From Lytechinus pictus (lineage: Eukaryota): a stretch of DNA of 64,000 nucleotides. The stretch lies in NCBI RefSeq assembly GCF_037042905.1, contig NC_087251.1, positions 24,306,001-24,370,000 on the forward strand, given 5' to 3'. The position numbers and the translations under genes are program-made. Positions 1-14,000 of this stretch are shown here, piece by piece (the stretch's first letter is position 1; every line of letters starts with the position of its first letter). The notes beneath the pieces are model-generated. The model saw nothing but the letters and a program-made list of their open reading frames with translations. It did not search any database and was not told the origin of the DNA.

Positions 1-691
1 CCACCCCCCAAAAAGGAAGACGATTGCGATATATTAATTAGACACATCATTGCATGCAAGTCTCTATAGAATGATCAAGAGTAATTACAAATGGCAACTT
101 TCATACATGCTATTATAGGAAATGTTACTCGCATGTAACGTCACAATATCAAAACTTTGCAAGTTCGTAACTGTGTTCTCGTTGGACTGGCTTCAGTTAA
201 ACGTTCATAATATAGGTTACAACTTTTTCAAAACTTGACGTAAAGATAGACCGTCCCTTTAAAGGCTGTTGCATGGCGCCGTTCATTTCTCTTAAAAGAG
301 TTTGACACATGAACGATCTTTTTATTTCCAGGGAAAAATAAATGGCGATCAAGAGATAATAGATTTGTTTTCATTCAAAAATTCGTTGATGTTATATGGA
401 AAAGAATACGTGACATGATTACGGGACATTGGACATGTCAGCTTATATCCATATCAAGAGATGATGCTAAAATGGTCATGATAATATTGGGAAGAGAAAT
501 TACTATACCCAATCAGGCTTGAGAAGGAGGACGAGGGCAAGGAAAGGAGTGATATGGAGACAAACTTGCGGACTATAATGCAGGAGAAAAAGGAATCTAA
601 ATGATGAGCGAAGAAATATACGTGGAGAAAGGAGAGGAAAAGGAAGAGAGCTATATACGAGATAGAATATGTAGAAGGTAAGAGATGTAGT

Positions 692-732
<41 letters not shown>

Positions 733-793
733 GGTAGAAAGACAGAGAAAGGGGAGGGGCCCCTGGAGCTATATAATATACGCACGGAGAATA

Positions 794-918
794 TAGGGAG
801 ACATACAGAGAGTGTGTGGAGGTGAGGGGGGGGGGCTCCAGGGGCTCTATATACGGATGAAGAATTAGGGAGACATATAGAGAGTGTGTGGGGGTGAGGG
901 GAGGGGGCTCCAGGGGCT
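794..918. repeat. ~72-bp tandem duplication next to a (GA)n/poly-G tract
   Basis: TAGGGAGACAT.AGAGAGTGTGTGG.GGTGAGGGG...CTCCAGGGGCT at 794 and 866. Confidence 0.8.
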
Positions 919-1603
919 GGAGATTTAGTGATATAATATATTTGTTAAAGTAAATAAAACACAAGAAAAAAAATAGCACGGTTGAATAATGCAAATATAG
1001 CGAAATATGACCCTTTAAAAATACGTAAAACGATATTTTTAAATGGACAATGAATCCAATGGTGTTAGTTTCTCAAAGTTGCTGACTATCCATTTGATCG
1101 ATGCAATAAAGTGTAAATCAGAAGTAGCCCCTCAGTGAATGATATCGATCTCAATCTGATGAAAGATCCATTTTTAAGACATGTTTTTCTCCCTTATGCA
1201 CCATTCAACATGATTATAACTTCCTTTCATTATGGATATTAAAGATGCTCCTTACCGTTCGACTTTCGTCATTACAAAGTTCAGAAACTTGATGATATAA
1301 GGTTAGTTTTGATTCTCCATTCACATTGAAGTCTCGTTTTCTTCATTGGGTAAGAAGAAATATCTAAGGAAGGGAATCAACGGCTCTAGATTAAAATCAC
1401 TTGCTTGATCTATACTGATTTGAAATCTGTGACGTAGATGACTAGTAAATTTACGTACTTGTCACGTGTTTCGTGACGTCACTATAGCAATCAAGAAATC
1501 TAGATCGCTAAAAGCAATTGACCCCCTGTTCTTGATTATTATTTGTGACAAATTGAACTTTATCTCGTCGAAAAACTAAGTGTGCTCCTTTAAGATTTTC
1601 ACT

Positions 1604-1700
1604 GTAGAAGTAGCAGCAGTATCAGCAGCAGCAGCAGAAGTAGTAGTAGTAGTAGTATAGTATTATTATTATAAGTAGTAGTAGTACTAGCAGTAGTAGT
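1604..1700. repeat. Compound (AGC)n/(AGT)n microsatellite
   Basis: Directly visible triplet runs. Confidence 0.85.
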
Positions 1701-2796
1701 AGGAGCAATGGGGGCGGATGTAGTATTTCATAAATTAGGGGCGGGGTTATTCGATTTATGCAGATATTTATTTTTGACTAGCAAAAAAGACTTAAAAAGG
1801 AGTCCATTGCAAAAAATTACAATATTTGCCACATCCAAGTCCAAGGGGATACCAATTACAAAAGGAGGCAATTTTTATCGCATGTGAGAGTCAGTGTAAA
1901 ATTTTCTTGACAAAGGGAGGGGGCACAAGCCCCCTGTGCACCCCTTTCCAGATTCAGATTCAGAGATTCAGATATATTTATTGTCCAATTGCAATCGAGT
2001 ACAAATAGAAATTCAATTTGCTCGCACAAAATAATTTAGAATATCACATGATATACACACAAAAGATTACACAATACATGTAGTAAACATTATACAAATC
2101 AACAAGCAAAGATAAGAGAAATTAAGATAAAGGCAGGAAGGGGGGGGGGGGTAACATAATTTAAAGTATGGCTATTAAAATAAGCACGGATTGAAAGCAC
2201 TTAGTATGCTAGCAATCGTTGTCGTCAAACGTATTGATATAACAATCATTATTTCTAGCAAAATACAAGTTAAAATTATCACAATTCACTATCCTTATTA
2301 AACATGTTAACATTTCTAACATCTTAATTCTTCTGAACTCTCGAAAAGTTCAAACTGAGAATATTTGAAAGTTCATTGAAAGGATATCACAGGTGATGTT
2401 AGATATACCTGTCATCAAAATAGAAAATGATGTCACAAAATATGGCACAAACGGATGAAAGTACAAACTAACGGCACCGAATTTACTTTCCTCTCATCTT
2501 TCTTTCTTTCCTCTTCATGAGAGAAACAACGTCACTCGACTCCACAAGAGGAAGTTTTTGTTGGCTTGGCGCCTATTTTCGTCTTCACCGAGATCGGCGT
2601 GTTTTATCAGTGGCACACCGCGGCAACAAATTAACCCTAATCGCTAGCATGAAGATAACAATGCAGAAAAACACGAAGATGACCGAAATAAATGTCTGAA
2701 GACGTAAAAAAATGAAGTCAGAACAGGACGGGCTAACATGCTAACCATCAGGATGGGGACTAAGGGGCGCTATACTTGCCAAACCCTAAATTGAAG

Positions 2797-3031
2797 CAGC
2801 GGCGTAATGGGTCGAAAAATTTGAAGGGGCCAGATAAGTCGGCCAGATTTATATAGTTGCGAGCGAGCGAGCGAAGAGAGTGAGCAAAAATTTCAACATT
2901 TTTATTACAAAAATTCAAATTTGTGATAGATTCTTACCTAATAATCAGAAAATTATATCATATGTCACTCTTCTCTCTTTCATTTTTTTTTGGGGGAGGG
3001 GGTTGCAAGCGCCCCCATCTGTATGCCACTG
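2797..3031. mobile_element. Degenerate CAGTGGCGTA-ended MITE (copy 1)
   Basis: CAGCGGCGTAA ... TATGCCACTG inverted ends. Internal similarity to 3470-3685. Confidence 0.55.
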
Positions 3032-3469
3032 TATCTAAGTCTAACCTATCATGACATCATCAAGTTGACTTGTTGAGAAAATTAAGAGAAACATCAAACA
3101 AGCAGGACAAGTGAAACAACATATACGTCATATCATTGAGATATTAGAGAATAAAGATTTTTTTTACATTTCTTTCAGATAACACTGATACGTATCACTG
3201 AATGTTTTATATTCAATTTTTTCTTCTATTGCTTCCAATCCACATGATGTTGAGGATTTGTGCAATGGGTTGGAAGGCTAACCTTGCCTTTAAATAGAGT
3301 GAAAAGTGAAAGAAAAAACATTGAGAAAAAGCGCTATTCAGAAGAAAACATGAATTTTGTTACCAAACTCTAGTTGTGACAGAATGAAGGAATGAATATA
3401 TAAACAAATACGAAGAATGAGTCATTTATGGAGATAGAAGGGGGGGGGGGTGTCCGGATATTCTATCAC

Positions 3470-3685
3470 CAGTGGCGTAATGCCCCCACCCCTCCAATGA
3501 GGGAGCCAAACATGGTGTGTGGAGCAAAAATATCAACCGTCTTAATACGAAAAGCTAATTTTGCCATAGATTTTGATAACATATCTATAAAATAACATAA
3601 TTTAACCCCCTTTCACTTTCCTTTCGTTCTTTTCTCATTTTTCTTATTGGCGGTGCAGCATTTTGGCTCCATTTATACGGCAGTG
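3470..3685. mobile_element. Degenerate CAGTGGCGTA-ended MITE (copy 2)
   Basis: CAGTGGCGTAATG start and degenerate TACGGCAGTG end. Shares GAGCAAAAA..TCAAC...ATAGATT with copy 1. Confidence 0.45.
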
Positions 3686-5344
3686 ACAATTACAATATCA
3701 GAAGCCATAGTAAGAAAAAAATATTTCTCGAATCTTTCAAGTAACATATCTGATGAATATACGATGTAGGACTATTTTTGTTCTTATTTTCACATATAGG
3801 GCAACATGTGATGAATATGATAATTAGAGTGATGAAAGCACAATAAAAAAGAGCACAGCATGAAGGTCTATATATTGGCATACTTTTATTTACATGATTT
3901 AAAGAGTGTAAAGAGCTAGTCCAGTCTGAATGTATATATAAACAAAGTAGGATTTTCAGCCTCAGAATGCGTAATTATAATATGGGAAAGAAAAACAGTT
4001 TGAAATGATAGATCATGAAGAAATTCTTGAATATCCATGATAGCATAATAAACAATAAACGGAATAGTAATGCACAAACAATCAATTTATATCGTCGTCG
4101 CATAATGTCAGCAGAAATCTATATCAAAAAGTTGTTATTCACTTTGATCTGATATCTTAAAATGTCTGGTCCATTGGGATATAGCATTTTACCATCATTG
4201 ATTCGGAGAACAAAATCGATATCCAAACATAAAAATTTAACATATCTTTTAGATCTGAGTAGACAAAATATGGATTATCAGCTAACAAAACCAACATGGA
4301 TTGATATCGTTAAATTCCTCTGCAGGTGTATTGTCCATTCTCCTGCCTTTGAACCTCTTCATGCTCTTGTCAGAAACTGTCATTTTTTACGAGTGGTTCA
4401 TGAACACCGTTTTCCTGATCTCTGACATTTTTACCAAATAAGGATCTGTCTAGTTCTTAATCCCTCTGCTCTCGTATAATGTTCATGGTTTATACGCACA
4501 TGTTTCCTAGGGATGTTTTACAACGCTACTTGTAAAGTTATGCATGCATAGAGTCAAAACATGCCATTAAGAACAGATTGCTAAAGCAGTTTGTTTTGAG
4601 GCGTGAGTTTTTAAAGAATACTTATTCTACTTCCAATGATTGTGTAAAAAAAAACACTACCAACGTTGTCCAATCTGCGTATAAAGCGATTCCAAAATAA
4701 TGACCGATGCTCACCTCATCTAAGTATCATAATTTGAATATGACGTTGAAATTATGAATATTTTTTTAACGTATGTGAACTTCAATTTAAAGTCAAATTA
4801 TGCAAAATAGGAAGTTAATCTAATTTCAGATGATCTCGTTCTCGTAATATGCAGACATAAATAGGCTGCATAGCTACAAAATCACATTAAAAACTAAATG
4901 ACGATTTGAGGCCGGAGCCATCCCCAATGCTAGATGTAAACAATTATGTGATAATAACAGTGATCTAGTCAAAGACACCGGTACTATTATTAACACCATT
5001 CTATAATTAGAATAACCAGTAGAATATTGAAAAAGAATACACGAAAAGCCGACGAATAGGAAGACAATGTTATTCAGCTGAAGCAAGAAAATAATAAAAT
5101 AACATGAATAGGGGTGCTAGTTTGGGAAAACAAGAAAAGTGATTTGGGTAAGGAAAAATTCGACAAGCAAAAAAAGAGAGAGAGAGAGAGAGAGGGAGAG
5201 AAAACAGAAAAAAGGTTTACACTACAAAATGGAAGTGATCTTGGTTAAATTTTTATTTTCGAGCATATCTACCTGATGACCAGGCGGAACCGTAAAAAAA
5301 CCTAAAACAAAACAAAACGCTCACTCGAGTAATCATCGCATTAA

Positions 5345-6168
5345 AGATCAAGTCCACCTCAGGAAAATGCTGACTTGAATAAATAGAGAAAATTCAAACT
5401 TGCATAATGCTGAAAATTTCATCAAAATCGGATGTAGAATAAGAAAGTTTTGAAATTTTAAAGTTTCGCTTATTTTTGACAAAACAGTGATATACACAAC
5501 AAGGTGAGTCAGTCAATGATGTCAATCACTCACTATTTCGTTTGTTTTTTAATTGTTTTAATTATACAATATTTCATTTTCTATAGATTAAGTGATGTAA
5601 GTGATGTAAACTTGTTTGTTCTGTTTGTTTGTTTTTCTTTGTAATATTGATGATATTTTAATTGTATATTTATTTCGTATTATGTATCTTAATTGTATAT
5701 ACATGTAATGTGATTTTAATATGTACGCACGGACGTTCAGAAGAACAGCCATTGGCTAAAGTTCGTTTACCGTGTTGAAATAAAATAAAATAAATGAAAT
5801 GAAATGAAATGAAATAGATTTGACAATAAGGACCAACTTGACTGAACCATATAGTATTAAACAAAGCTAATTCCACATGTTCAGGGAGGAATTAATCGTT
5901 GTATCACTTGACAATGAGGAGAAAATTAGAATATTTCCTATTTCCTATAATAAAATACAAAAGAAATAGTGAGTGGATGACGTCATCAGTCTCCTCATTT
6001 GTATACAGACCAGGATGTGCATATAACTGTTTTTTAAATTAAGCGAAACTTTAAAATGTCATAACTTTCTTATTTTACATCCGATTTTGATGAAATTTTC
6101 AGTGTTATGCTTGTTGATCTTTTTCTCTTTTTATTCAAATCAACTTTTTGTTGGGGTGGACTTGTCCT
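5345..6168. mobile_element. Kolobok-type MITE (TTAA TSD) carrying a nested insertion
   Basis: TTAA|AGATCAAGTCCACC ... GGTGGACTTGTCCT|TTAA. About 125-bp imperfect inverted arms (GAAAATTTCATCAAAATCGGATGTA versus TACATCCGATTTTGATGAAATTTTC). Confidence 0.85.
5590..5813 (+). mobile_element. Probable 5'-truncated non-LTR retroelement 3' end
   Basis: Flanked by ATAGATT (5583-5589 and 5814-5820). Ends in AATAAA plus a (TGAAA)n tail. T-rich 3'UTR-like body. Confidence 0.55.
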
Positions 6169-6683
6169 TTAATGGTAATTGTCAGAACATAAACTGATAA
6201 AAAGAAACGAACCAAAAACCTGAGCTAACAAAATGAATGAATAAACAGTTATTAATACGATCTAATTCAATTGTTCAGGAGGATAACTTTCAACAAGTTC
6301 TGATTTCTAATGTGGCCTTTTTACCACTACCAACAACATTGTTAACAGATTAGGTGGAGCGCTGACATTCCTTAGATCATATTTCCTCCATCTCTTCCAT
6401 CGCTTTACTCTCTGAATTTTCTCCAGTCTTTGTCTCTTTTTCTGTCTAAAGAAATATGAATCACCTTTTGTAATACATGAAGGAACTAAAATAAATCACA
6501 CTCTCTATATTCCTCATTGATTTTTTTTTTTAATTCTTCGTTCTTCCTCTTCCGTGTTCTTTCTTCTGAAAAAAAAAAGAAGGAATCAGTTTTAAATCAT
6601 TGCTAGTGCGCAGCCTTTTGAGATGTTTAGGATACTGTAGTAATCCGTTGTGCTCAATCTGATTATGTTATTGATTATCGATA

Positions 6684-6893
6684 CGGTGATGCCCCTGCGA
6701 CAATTGCTCCTGATTTCATTTCGTCAAAGATAGGTTTAGGGTTAGGGTTGCAATAGGGTTTTATGTTATAGGTTTGGGGTAATAGGTTTAGGATAGGTTC
6801 TCGTGTTAAATCCAAGGCTGAAGTTCGTCAATCCATTAGTGAGTTTAATTTGCAGCAGAGCAATTGTCGCCGAAGCAAATGTCTTGGAAACGG
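6684..6893. mobile_element. Small MITE-like repeat with internal telomere-like (TTAGGG) degenerate array
   Basis: Perfect 13-bp inverted repeat GCGACAATTGCTC (6697-6709) / GAGCAATTGTCGC (6858-6870) enclosing TAGGTTTAGGGTTAGGGTT...TAGGTTT. Confidence 0.6.
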
Positions 6894-9800
6894 GACACTA
6901 CCCCGAATCACTGAACATACACAATTACAAGAAAATGCGTATTTCTTATGTATTATTAACAGGGTTTTGAACTTAAGTAAAATTATGATATTACCGAATC
7001 GCCTTTAAAGAAGCTGCATTATAATCATGTAGGCCTATATCAGTGTATATTATGGTTTTCAGCTCAGATAATGTAATGTAGCATGCTATCTTGAATAAGT
7101 TATTCATATTAATTCAAATTAATGGGCTACATATTTTTTCATAGCTTACATCTAAAATGTTGAATTGACAATATCTCATATTGTTGGTAAAATAAAACTT
7201 TTTGTTATCATATCATTCAAAACGAAAATTCGTTTTATTTAACGATATCATTTATCATCTGTAAATTCAATATCAAAGATGAAATAATAAAAATGTGTTT
7301 TGGGTGATTTTAAAACGACGTTTAAGTTCGTTACATCTTCATTGACGCCGTCAACATGGTTGTTCCTGGTTTGTTCCCACTCCTCCCATATTCAAATTGG
7401 TATGTAGACTGAACCACAACTTCTTCAAACAGCGAAGAATGAGGGAATAGTCCCTCTAAAAAGAAACATTTTATTCTATATACACCATCATCCTACAAAC
7501 CGGGCAATTTGACATTCTTTATTTCTTTTGTTTGCGCTAATGCACTTATCATGCTTATTAACACTTTCAAGGTGAACTTGAACATCTTAAACACCTTCGG
7601 ATTAATCCTCTTAGCGGCCCTTTCATCTTTTTTTACTTTCCCCTTCCTTTTCAAGCTTGTAATCTCTGACATAATGGTTCCACGTGCAGACAATGTTACC
7701 ACCCTTTCCTTCTCTATTTGTATTATCAGGTACAGTTTCCGCATTCTCTTATGAAATATCATTCAACAGCATTCTGTAAAAGGACAATAAGGGCTCCTGT
7801 GCATGACCGAAACAAGGAACATTTTAGCACAAGATCAATGTCTACTACCATCAATACAAACTTTGGAAGAGATGTTTCGAACAGCCTTCATCATCGGCTT
7901 TTGAGAAGAAAGATTCTGTATTGTTTTTCCCATCATAATATCCCTTATTATGCATATTAAAATAAATAATCTTGCGAGAAGACGATGTTATTTTTTTAAT
8001 ATATACATTTAAAAAAGTAATTTGACCTCGTCAACTTACCTTCCAATTAACTTCACCAAAGTACCAACAAAAGTGCATCATGGACCTATGAGTGCATTAA
8101 AAAAATCCAAGCATCGCTTCTCTATCATATATAGTTCCATTGGAGTAGTATACCCCTCCATCTGTCATTACTAGTCGCACTTTTTCATTCGATTTGTTAT
8201 TTTGTTCTTCACATCACCCCCTCCCCTGCCCCCGTCTCTCTCTCTCTCTATCACTCCCCTTCACCTTTCTCTCTCTCTCCCTCCTTCATTCTCCTCCAAG
8301 GCTACAAAATGAGGAAAAAACGATCATCAACATAAATGTATAAACAGCAGTAAATCATTTTTCCATTTCCATTTTCAGATGCATTCCTTTGCGGGTGTTT
8401 ATTACAGAACGGGCCGACACGCGAAGCGGTAACTTAATACGGCCAGAATTTCATCCCGATATCTTTGGAATATGATTGGGAAGGAAACGTCATTATCGCG
8501 ATATCTCAATACCTTCTATTGATATCACCGTGGAGGAGATACGTCACTCTGCGAGAAACCCATTTATCACAAAGCACTTTTCATTCAAACTTGTGGCTGA
8601 TTTGTAGAATTTCAATTATTTATTTAACTCATAGTTTTCATTCATTTTACCATCGCATATTCATTCATAAACAGCTCACTTTCAATACAAGGAACTATAT
8701 TGTAGAGACAGGATAAATACTTTTTCATGCTAATAAACATTACTTTTATCTGGAAATTTAATGGTTTCGAAAACATCACACCATGAATAGGGCCATACTT
8801 ACAAGATAATGATGTGAATAAAATAACAATATTCAAGCAAATTGCATGAATTATGACGAGTATCATTCGAAGGAGCTTTAGACATTATATTAGTTCTGTT
8901 ACAAACAAACTCCAGCTTTATAGAATACGAAAACCATTTTGGGAGTATAGTAGATACTGTAGTAGGAAGAAAATCAATGCAATAAACAGATTTCCCAGGA
9001 AACATAGTTATGAAACGTGAGTGGTAAAATGAAAAATCAATCTTTTAGAGGTCGAATTTGCTTTCGCACTACTTTTATTTGGGAATAGGTATCAATTTCA
9101 CTCAGTAAAAGTTAGTGCAAGTGTTAGGATTATATGTGTGTATGTATGGTGGGGGGGGGGGGGGGGGTAGTGAGAAAGAAAAGAAAATTGAGAAAGATTG
9201 ATAAAAAGAGGGGGTGACATACATGTAATTTCCTAGACATTATTCTTATTAGAACTACATGAGTACGAAAAGTACGTACTCTGTCATCTGCAGTTTGCAC
9301 TTTTTGATTAACATTCACAACAACATCACAGTTTTAATGAGGGGGTATTTCACCTCCATTTTTCAAATGATTGCATTTTAAAAAATAGAACTGAACTATT
9401 TTGAAGACATTTGTTATAATTCTTACCTTTTTTTACATTTAAATTGATTGTAAATATTTTGGAAGATTACAAAGAGGGTAGGAGGGCGCTCGACTGATTA
9501 TATTCATTGTAGAAAAGTTTTTATCTCCTTCAGCACTAATAATCAATAAGATTCGATATCACTAACTTGATCACATACCTTACCTCTACTAATACTATGT
9601 ATGTTCCTGTCAATGACGTTATCATTATCAGCATCATTCACACTGTCATTATTGTGATAATTCCCATGTTAGTCATGATCATAAATATGTCCACTTTTTT
9701 GTGGTACGACTAAAATAAAGCCAGTGATATGGACTTGATAATCAGCATCATCATCGTCATCATCGAACTACAAACATTTATGCGATCTTTCGTCCTAAAT

Positions 9801-10835
9801 GTCACACGATTGCCTATTATGACCATCGATCGATTTATTGATTGATATACGAATATCTTTCATTTTCAATTAGAAACAAGAACGTTTAATACATCTTATG
9901 TACATGGCACGGAAAGTCGCAAAAAAAAAGTCAAAAGTTCGTCACCGTTATCATCGACTCTCCGTCGTCACCACCATCATTACGAATGTCATCAACACCA
10001 CCTCCATCACTGTCATCATCGTCATCATCATCATCACCACACTGACCAACATTATACCAGGGAGGTGGAATGGGATATATACATCGCCATCATCATTTCA
10101 CCCCCCCCCCCTCCCCCCATTGCCTTCCATCACGCTCACCAACAAACACCAACGGGAACGGCCGAACGAACCAGGGACGCTGGTCGTTGGAGGTCATGGT
10201 TATTCCATTGCCTTCCTCTTTTGTATCAGTCACATCCTTGTCATTCCGATGGACCGTGGGAAAATACATCTCCATCTCTCTCCTCACCATCCTCATCACC
10301 CCCTTCTCTCCTCTACTCCCTTTAGGTCCCCTTGCTCTCCCCTCCAATCTGCGTGTCATCCCCCGGCATTCCGACCTGATTATCTTCCATAAGAGAGAAA
10401 TTTGTGACAAGCGAGGTGCCCCCAACGAGAGTGTTTGCTATTAGTATTATGATTATTATTTCCATATCATAATCATTCTAGCTACTATACGCACTATGTG
10501 GGTGTGATGGGGGTGTGAGCCAGGTAATCGAATTTGTTTGGTATGAAAATGTTTTCAACTATTGTGTAGTCAAATTAAGTTTGTATAATAAAGCTTGTAA
10601 ACAATCGAAGTGTTAATCTTTTCGGGTTATCGGTGAAACAGAAACCTAACAACCATCATGTCAATAATAATGATAATACACCATCAGTGCTATGAACTGC
10701 AAATATATCACTTCCCATTTCAACAAAAGTTTAATTATTGTGAATTACAAAATCATCGACATAATCATTATCGTGATTACCATGATTACCAATAATAGTC
10801 ACCCCATTGTCATCATGGCCATTACCATAATTTTC

Positions 10836-10952
10836 ATCATCTCCATCATCACCACTACCACTACCACCACCATCACCACCACCACCGCCACTACCACCAC
10901 CATCATCATCATCACCATCATTTCATAATCAGTAGTATCATCATTACCACCA

Positions 10953-10991
<39 letters not shown>

Positions 10992-11050
10992 TCATCATCA
11001 CCACCACCACCACCACCACCACCACCACCACCACCATCATCATCATCATA
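10836..11050. repeat. Compound (CAC)n/(CAT)n trinucleotide microsatellite
   Basis: Directly visible runs of CAC, CAT and TAC triplets. Confidence 0.95.
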
Positions 11051-14000
11051 ATTATAACTCTCATCATTCATGACAGTCCTATATACCTGATAATCATGAA
11101 CAGCATTATTTTGTTCTTGGAATCGCATTTTGAAAGTTCTTATAATTCTTAACTCATTCACTTTGGTGTATGTACCAGTACACTATTCATCTAATTTGAT
11201 ATGATTTCATATACAACTAAATATGCGCCATGTTTTTATTTTGGTATATGGATTTAAAGTCAGCAATAGCTCCCAATGCTCAATATCCCCTTACACAATG
11301 CTAAACCCTGTGGGAATTCGATATAGGACGTGAATAAAGAGATAAATTAAACGGTTCCCACTTGTCATGCTTGTCCAGATCGAATGCTCATTTTCAATCG
11401 CTCTCATAAGGGCCTATTCATCTATTTTCAATTTGCTACGTTTCCGGTCAGAATTTGAATTAAGCCCCTTTTCACCCCGACCTCCCTTTTTGACAAAACC
11501 CCCATTTTTGTAAGCGTGGTCCTAATCAGGTTTCCCTCTGTGCAGAATACACACGGCACGCGAGTCGAGTTAACTGCCGAAACTAAAACCACCAAAATCT
11601 AATTTCAACTTCTAACAAACCAATTACGGAATAGAATCAATGGTTTTGATAGGGAAAAGTACGAATGCCTGCAGTTCGTTCTCTCTTTTGCTGAGATGAA
11701 GGTTTTCTTTGACAGTGATATCCCAGTAAGACACAGTTTGAAGTGAAGCTTGGCTTATTGGTATCTTATACCAATGTGGTGTCCATAGTAACGACAGAAT
11801 GACTAGTCTCAAACATATTCTCTTGTCTTTAACAGCAAGAAAGGCACTGAAGGTTTCAATGATAAATGATACATCCGTAATAAGATTTCTTGGGATGCGG
11901 CAGTATAATATGCTAACAATAACACCATAATGAAAGCAACAATCATCCATAATAGGGGAATGTAATGGGTTCACTCTTTAATATTACTTTTCATCATTAT
12001 CTTATTGTGTAAATTAATTCTGGTAATGATATTATGTTTAGGGGCCTGCCTTTCATACAAGCTTTTTAATTGTGTTTATTAAATCTATAATTATTTAATA
12101 TGTCATGTAATATTTTTCACATTGTTTTTATGTTTATTGAACAACTGCGAAACGGAAATCAATAAATGAAATAAAACCGCTTGTAGTGAATTCTATGAAG
12201 ATTTTATCTTCTAAATAACGAACAACAAAATGGCAACACCGATGTTGTTTTGATTATTTTTAATTGGCTAGCTTCCGATTTCTTTCAGGCCACAGTATGC
12301 TTCCATTATTTTATTCAAGTGAACTTTTTAAAAATGTTATTAAAAAAGCGTAGACTAAAACATTTGTTGATTGATTCGATAGTTGGGAGGAAATCCTTTT
12401 TTGAATTTATTGACTTAATTTTGTGATTTTGCATGATTATGGAAGATGCGCTCAATATGGATATCATGAAAGTTAAACTAAAGCCGCCCATTATAGGATT
12501 TTGGAAGAGGGTGGATCTTTATTTGCTGGTGGTTTCTGCAAATCTAGAGGGTAACATCAGCTGAAAATGGGAGGTCTGAACGACGAGACTGTTACCTCAG
12601 CGAGCTCTCGAATCTGGCTCTGCACTGGATTTTGGAGGTCACAATAAACGAGGCCCCCTGGCCCGAGCCGACCCCGGGACGCGTCGTATAGGCACACGAC
12701 ATTCCGATACCCCACTACCCAACGGCACGCAACCCTCTTCCAAATAAGGAAGGCGCGAAACGAGAAGCGTGCCAGATCGGGGCTCGCCAGACCAAATATG
12801 GAGGGAAATCCACGCGACCAGGGTCTACGGACGGGACCAAGCGAATCTACCGAACAAGTCGGGATCACAGTCGCTTCTCTCACCCCATGCCGATAACTTC
12901 AAACCCCACCCTGCATACCATCATCATCATTAATTCACATCAAACTTGACAAGACGTGCATCTGTTTTTTCTCTTTAATTTCTTCTTCTTCTCCGGAAAA
13001 AAAGGGTACGCCATTCCGAAACACAGACCCCATGCTTATACCAGGAGTTCTTCAGAATAACAAAAAACACGGCGAGGGCAACATAAATCAAGAAATCTTT
13101 TCATCGAGACCCTTGCACGTGGCACCAAATTATTGGGGTAAAATGTGGTCTAACTGGAACTCTGCCATTATCAGATGTGTTCTATTTTCGGGCGTCGCAT
13201 AAATACTTCCATTATTCTTCTCCCTCGGTACCAGACATTGTATTGGCTACCTATATTCATGGTTATTTAATTCTCCTCTGGCATTTATCACGGGGGACCA
13301 ACTCTTTTGAATAACGTCAGTGGAAGAAGAAATGAACCCCCTGTCTTTCATATTTTACCACTTGTTTTTCATTCGACCTCTTCATATTACCCCTTTTTAA
13401 CCTAACCGTCAAAGATTAATCAAAGCTCACAGAGAAACCGTTGAAAGAGTCCCATTTCCTTTCTTATGAATACACACACGGTGGCCCTGTGGTATGAATG
13501 AAGACACAAACCATGTTTTAATAATACAAACTAAAGCCCCCGGAAAGAGTAGGGGAGTTTGGAATGAGGAAATCTTCCCTCCCCGGATTTCAAGTGCCCT
13601 GGATGTGGAGGTGAATGTAGATAAGATGAAGAGGCATTAGTTGTATTTGGAAAGGAATCAAATATTCTGTAATTGAGAATGTTTTTAAATGGTTTGGGGC
13701 TATTTCCGCCGTAATGGATAACACACTGCATGAATTGGGGAATATGCCTCCACGGAATGTCAGTTTAAACAAGAGAAAATTTTGAATATTGCTCAAAATT
13801 GAGGAAATATAGAGGTGATAATATTTTGACGGGGTTGTCACGTGATCTATGTAATAAACAATATACAGCTATATTGAGCGACAGAGAGAGAGAGAGGGGT
13901 GGAGATAGGGGGTGGTATCTCGAGAATGATGAGGGACGGGGGTAGAGGGGCGGGGTGGAAAGTTGGGGATGGGGTGAAAATAGAAAAGTAGTCATGGATA

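Noticed and set aside
503..994. 163-aa ORF (and similar ORFs at 15243-15626, 25654-25920, 47654-48130, 50404-50673)
   Set aside because: Leu/Ser/Pro/Phe-rich translations of GA-rich low-complexity DNA that lacks stops on the CT strand.
7330..7960. Possible decayed transposase or gene fragment (overlapping 80-89-aa ORFs)
   Set aside because: Composition looks coding-like but I could not recognise any motif in any frame. BLASTX would be needed.
9898..11161. Poly-Gly/Asp/Thr/His ORFs
   Set aside because: Translations of CAC/CAT microsatellites and poly-C tracts with no domain evidence.
11700..12176. Possible LINE remnant (RT C-terminus plus 3'UTR with AATAAA tail)
   Set aside because: Only a vague resemblance, with no continuous frame or TSD. 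Too weak to list.
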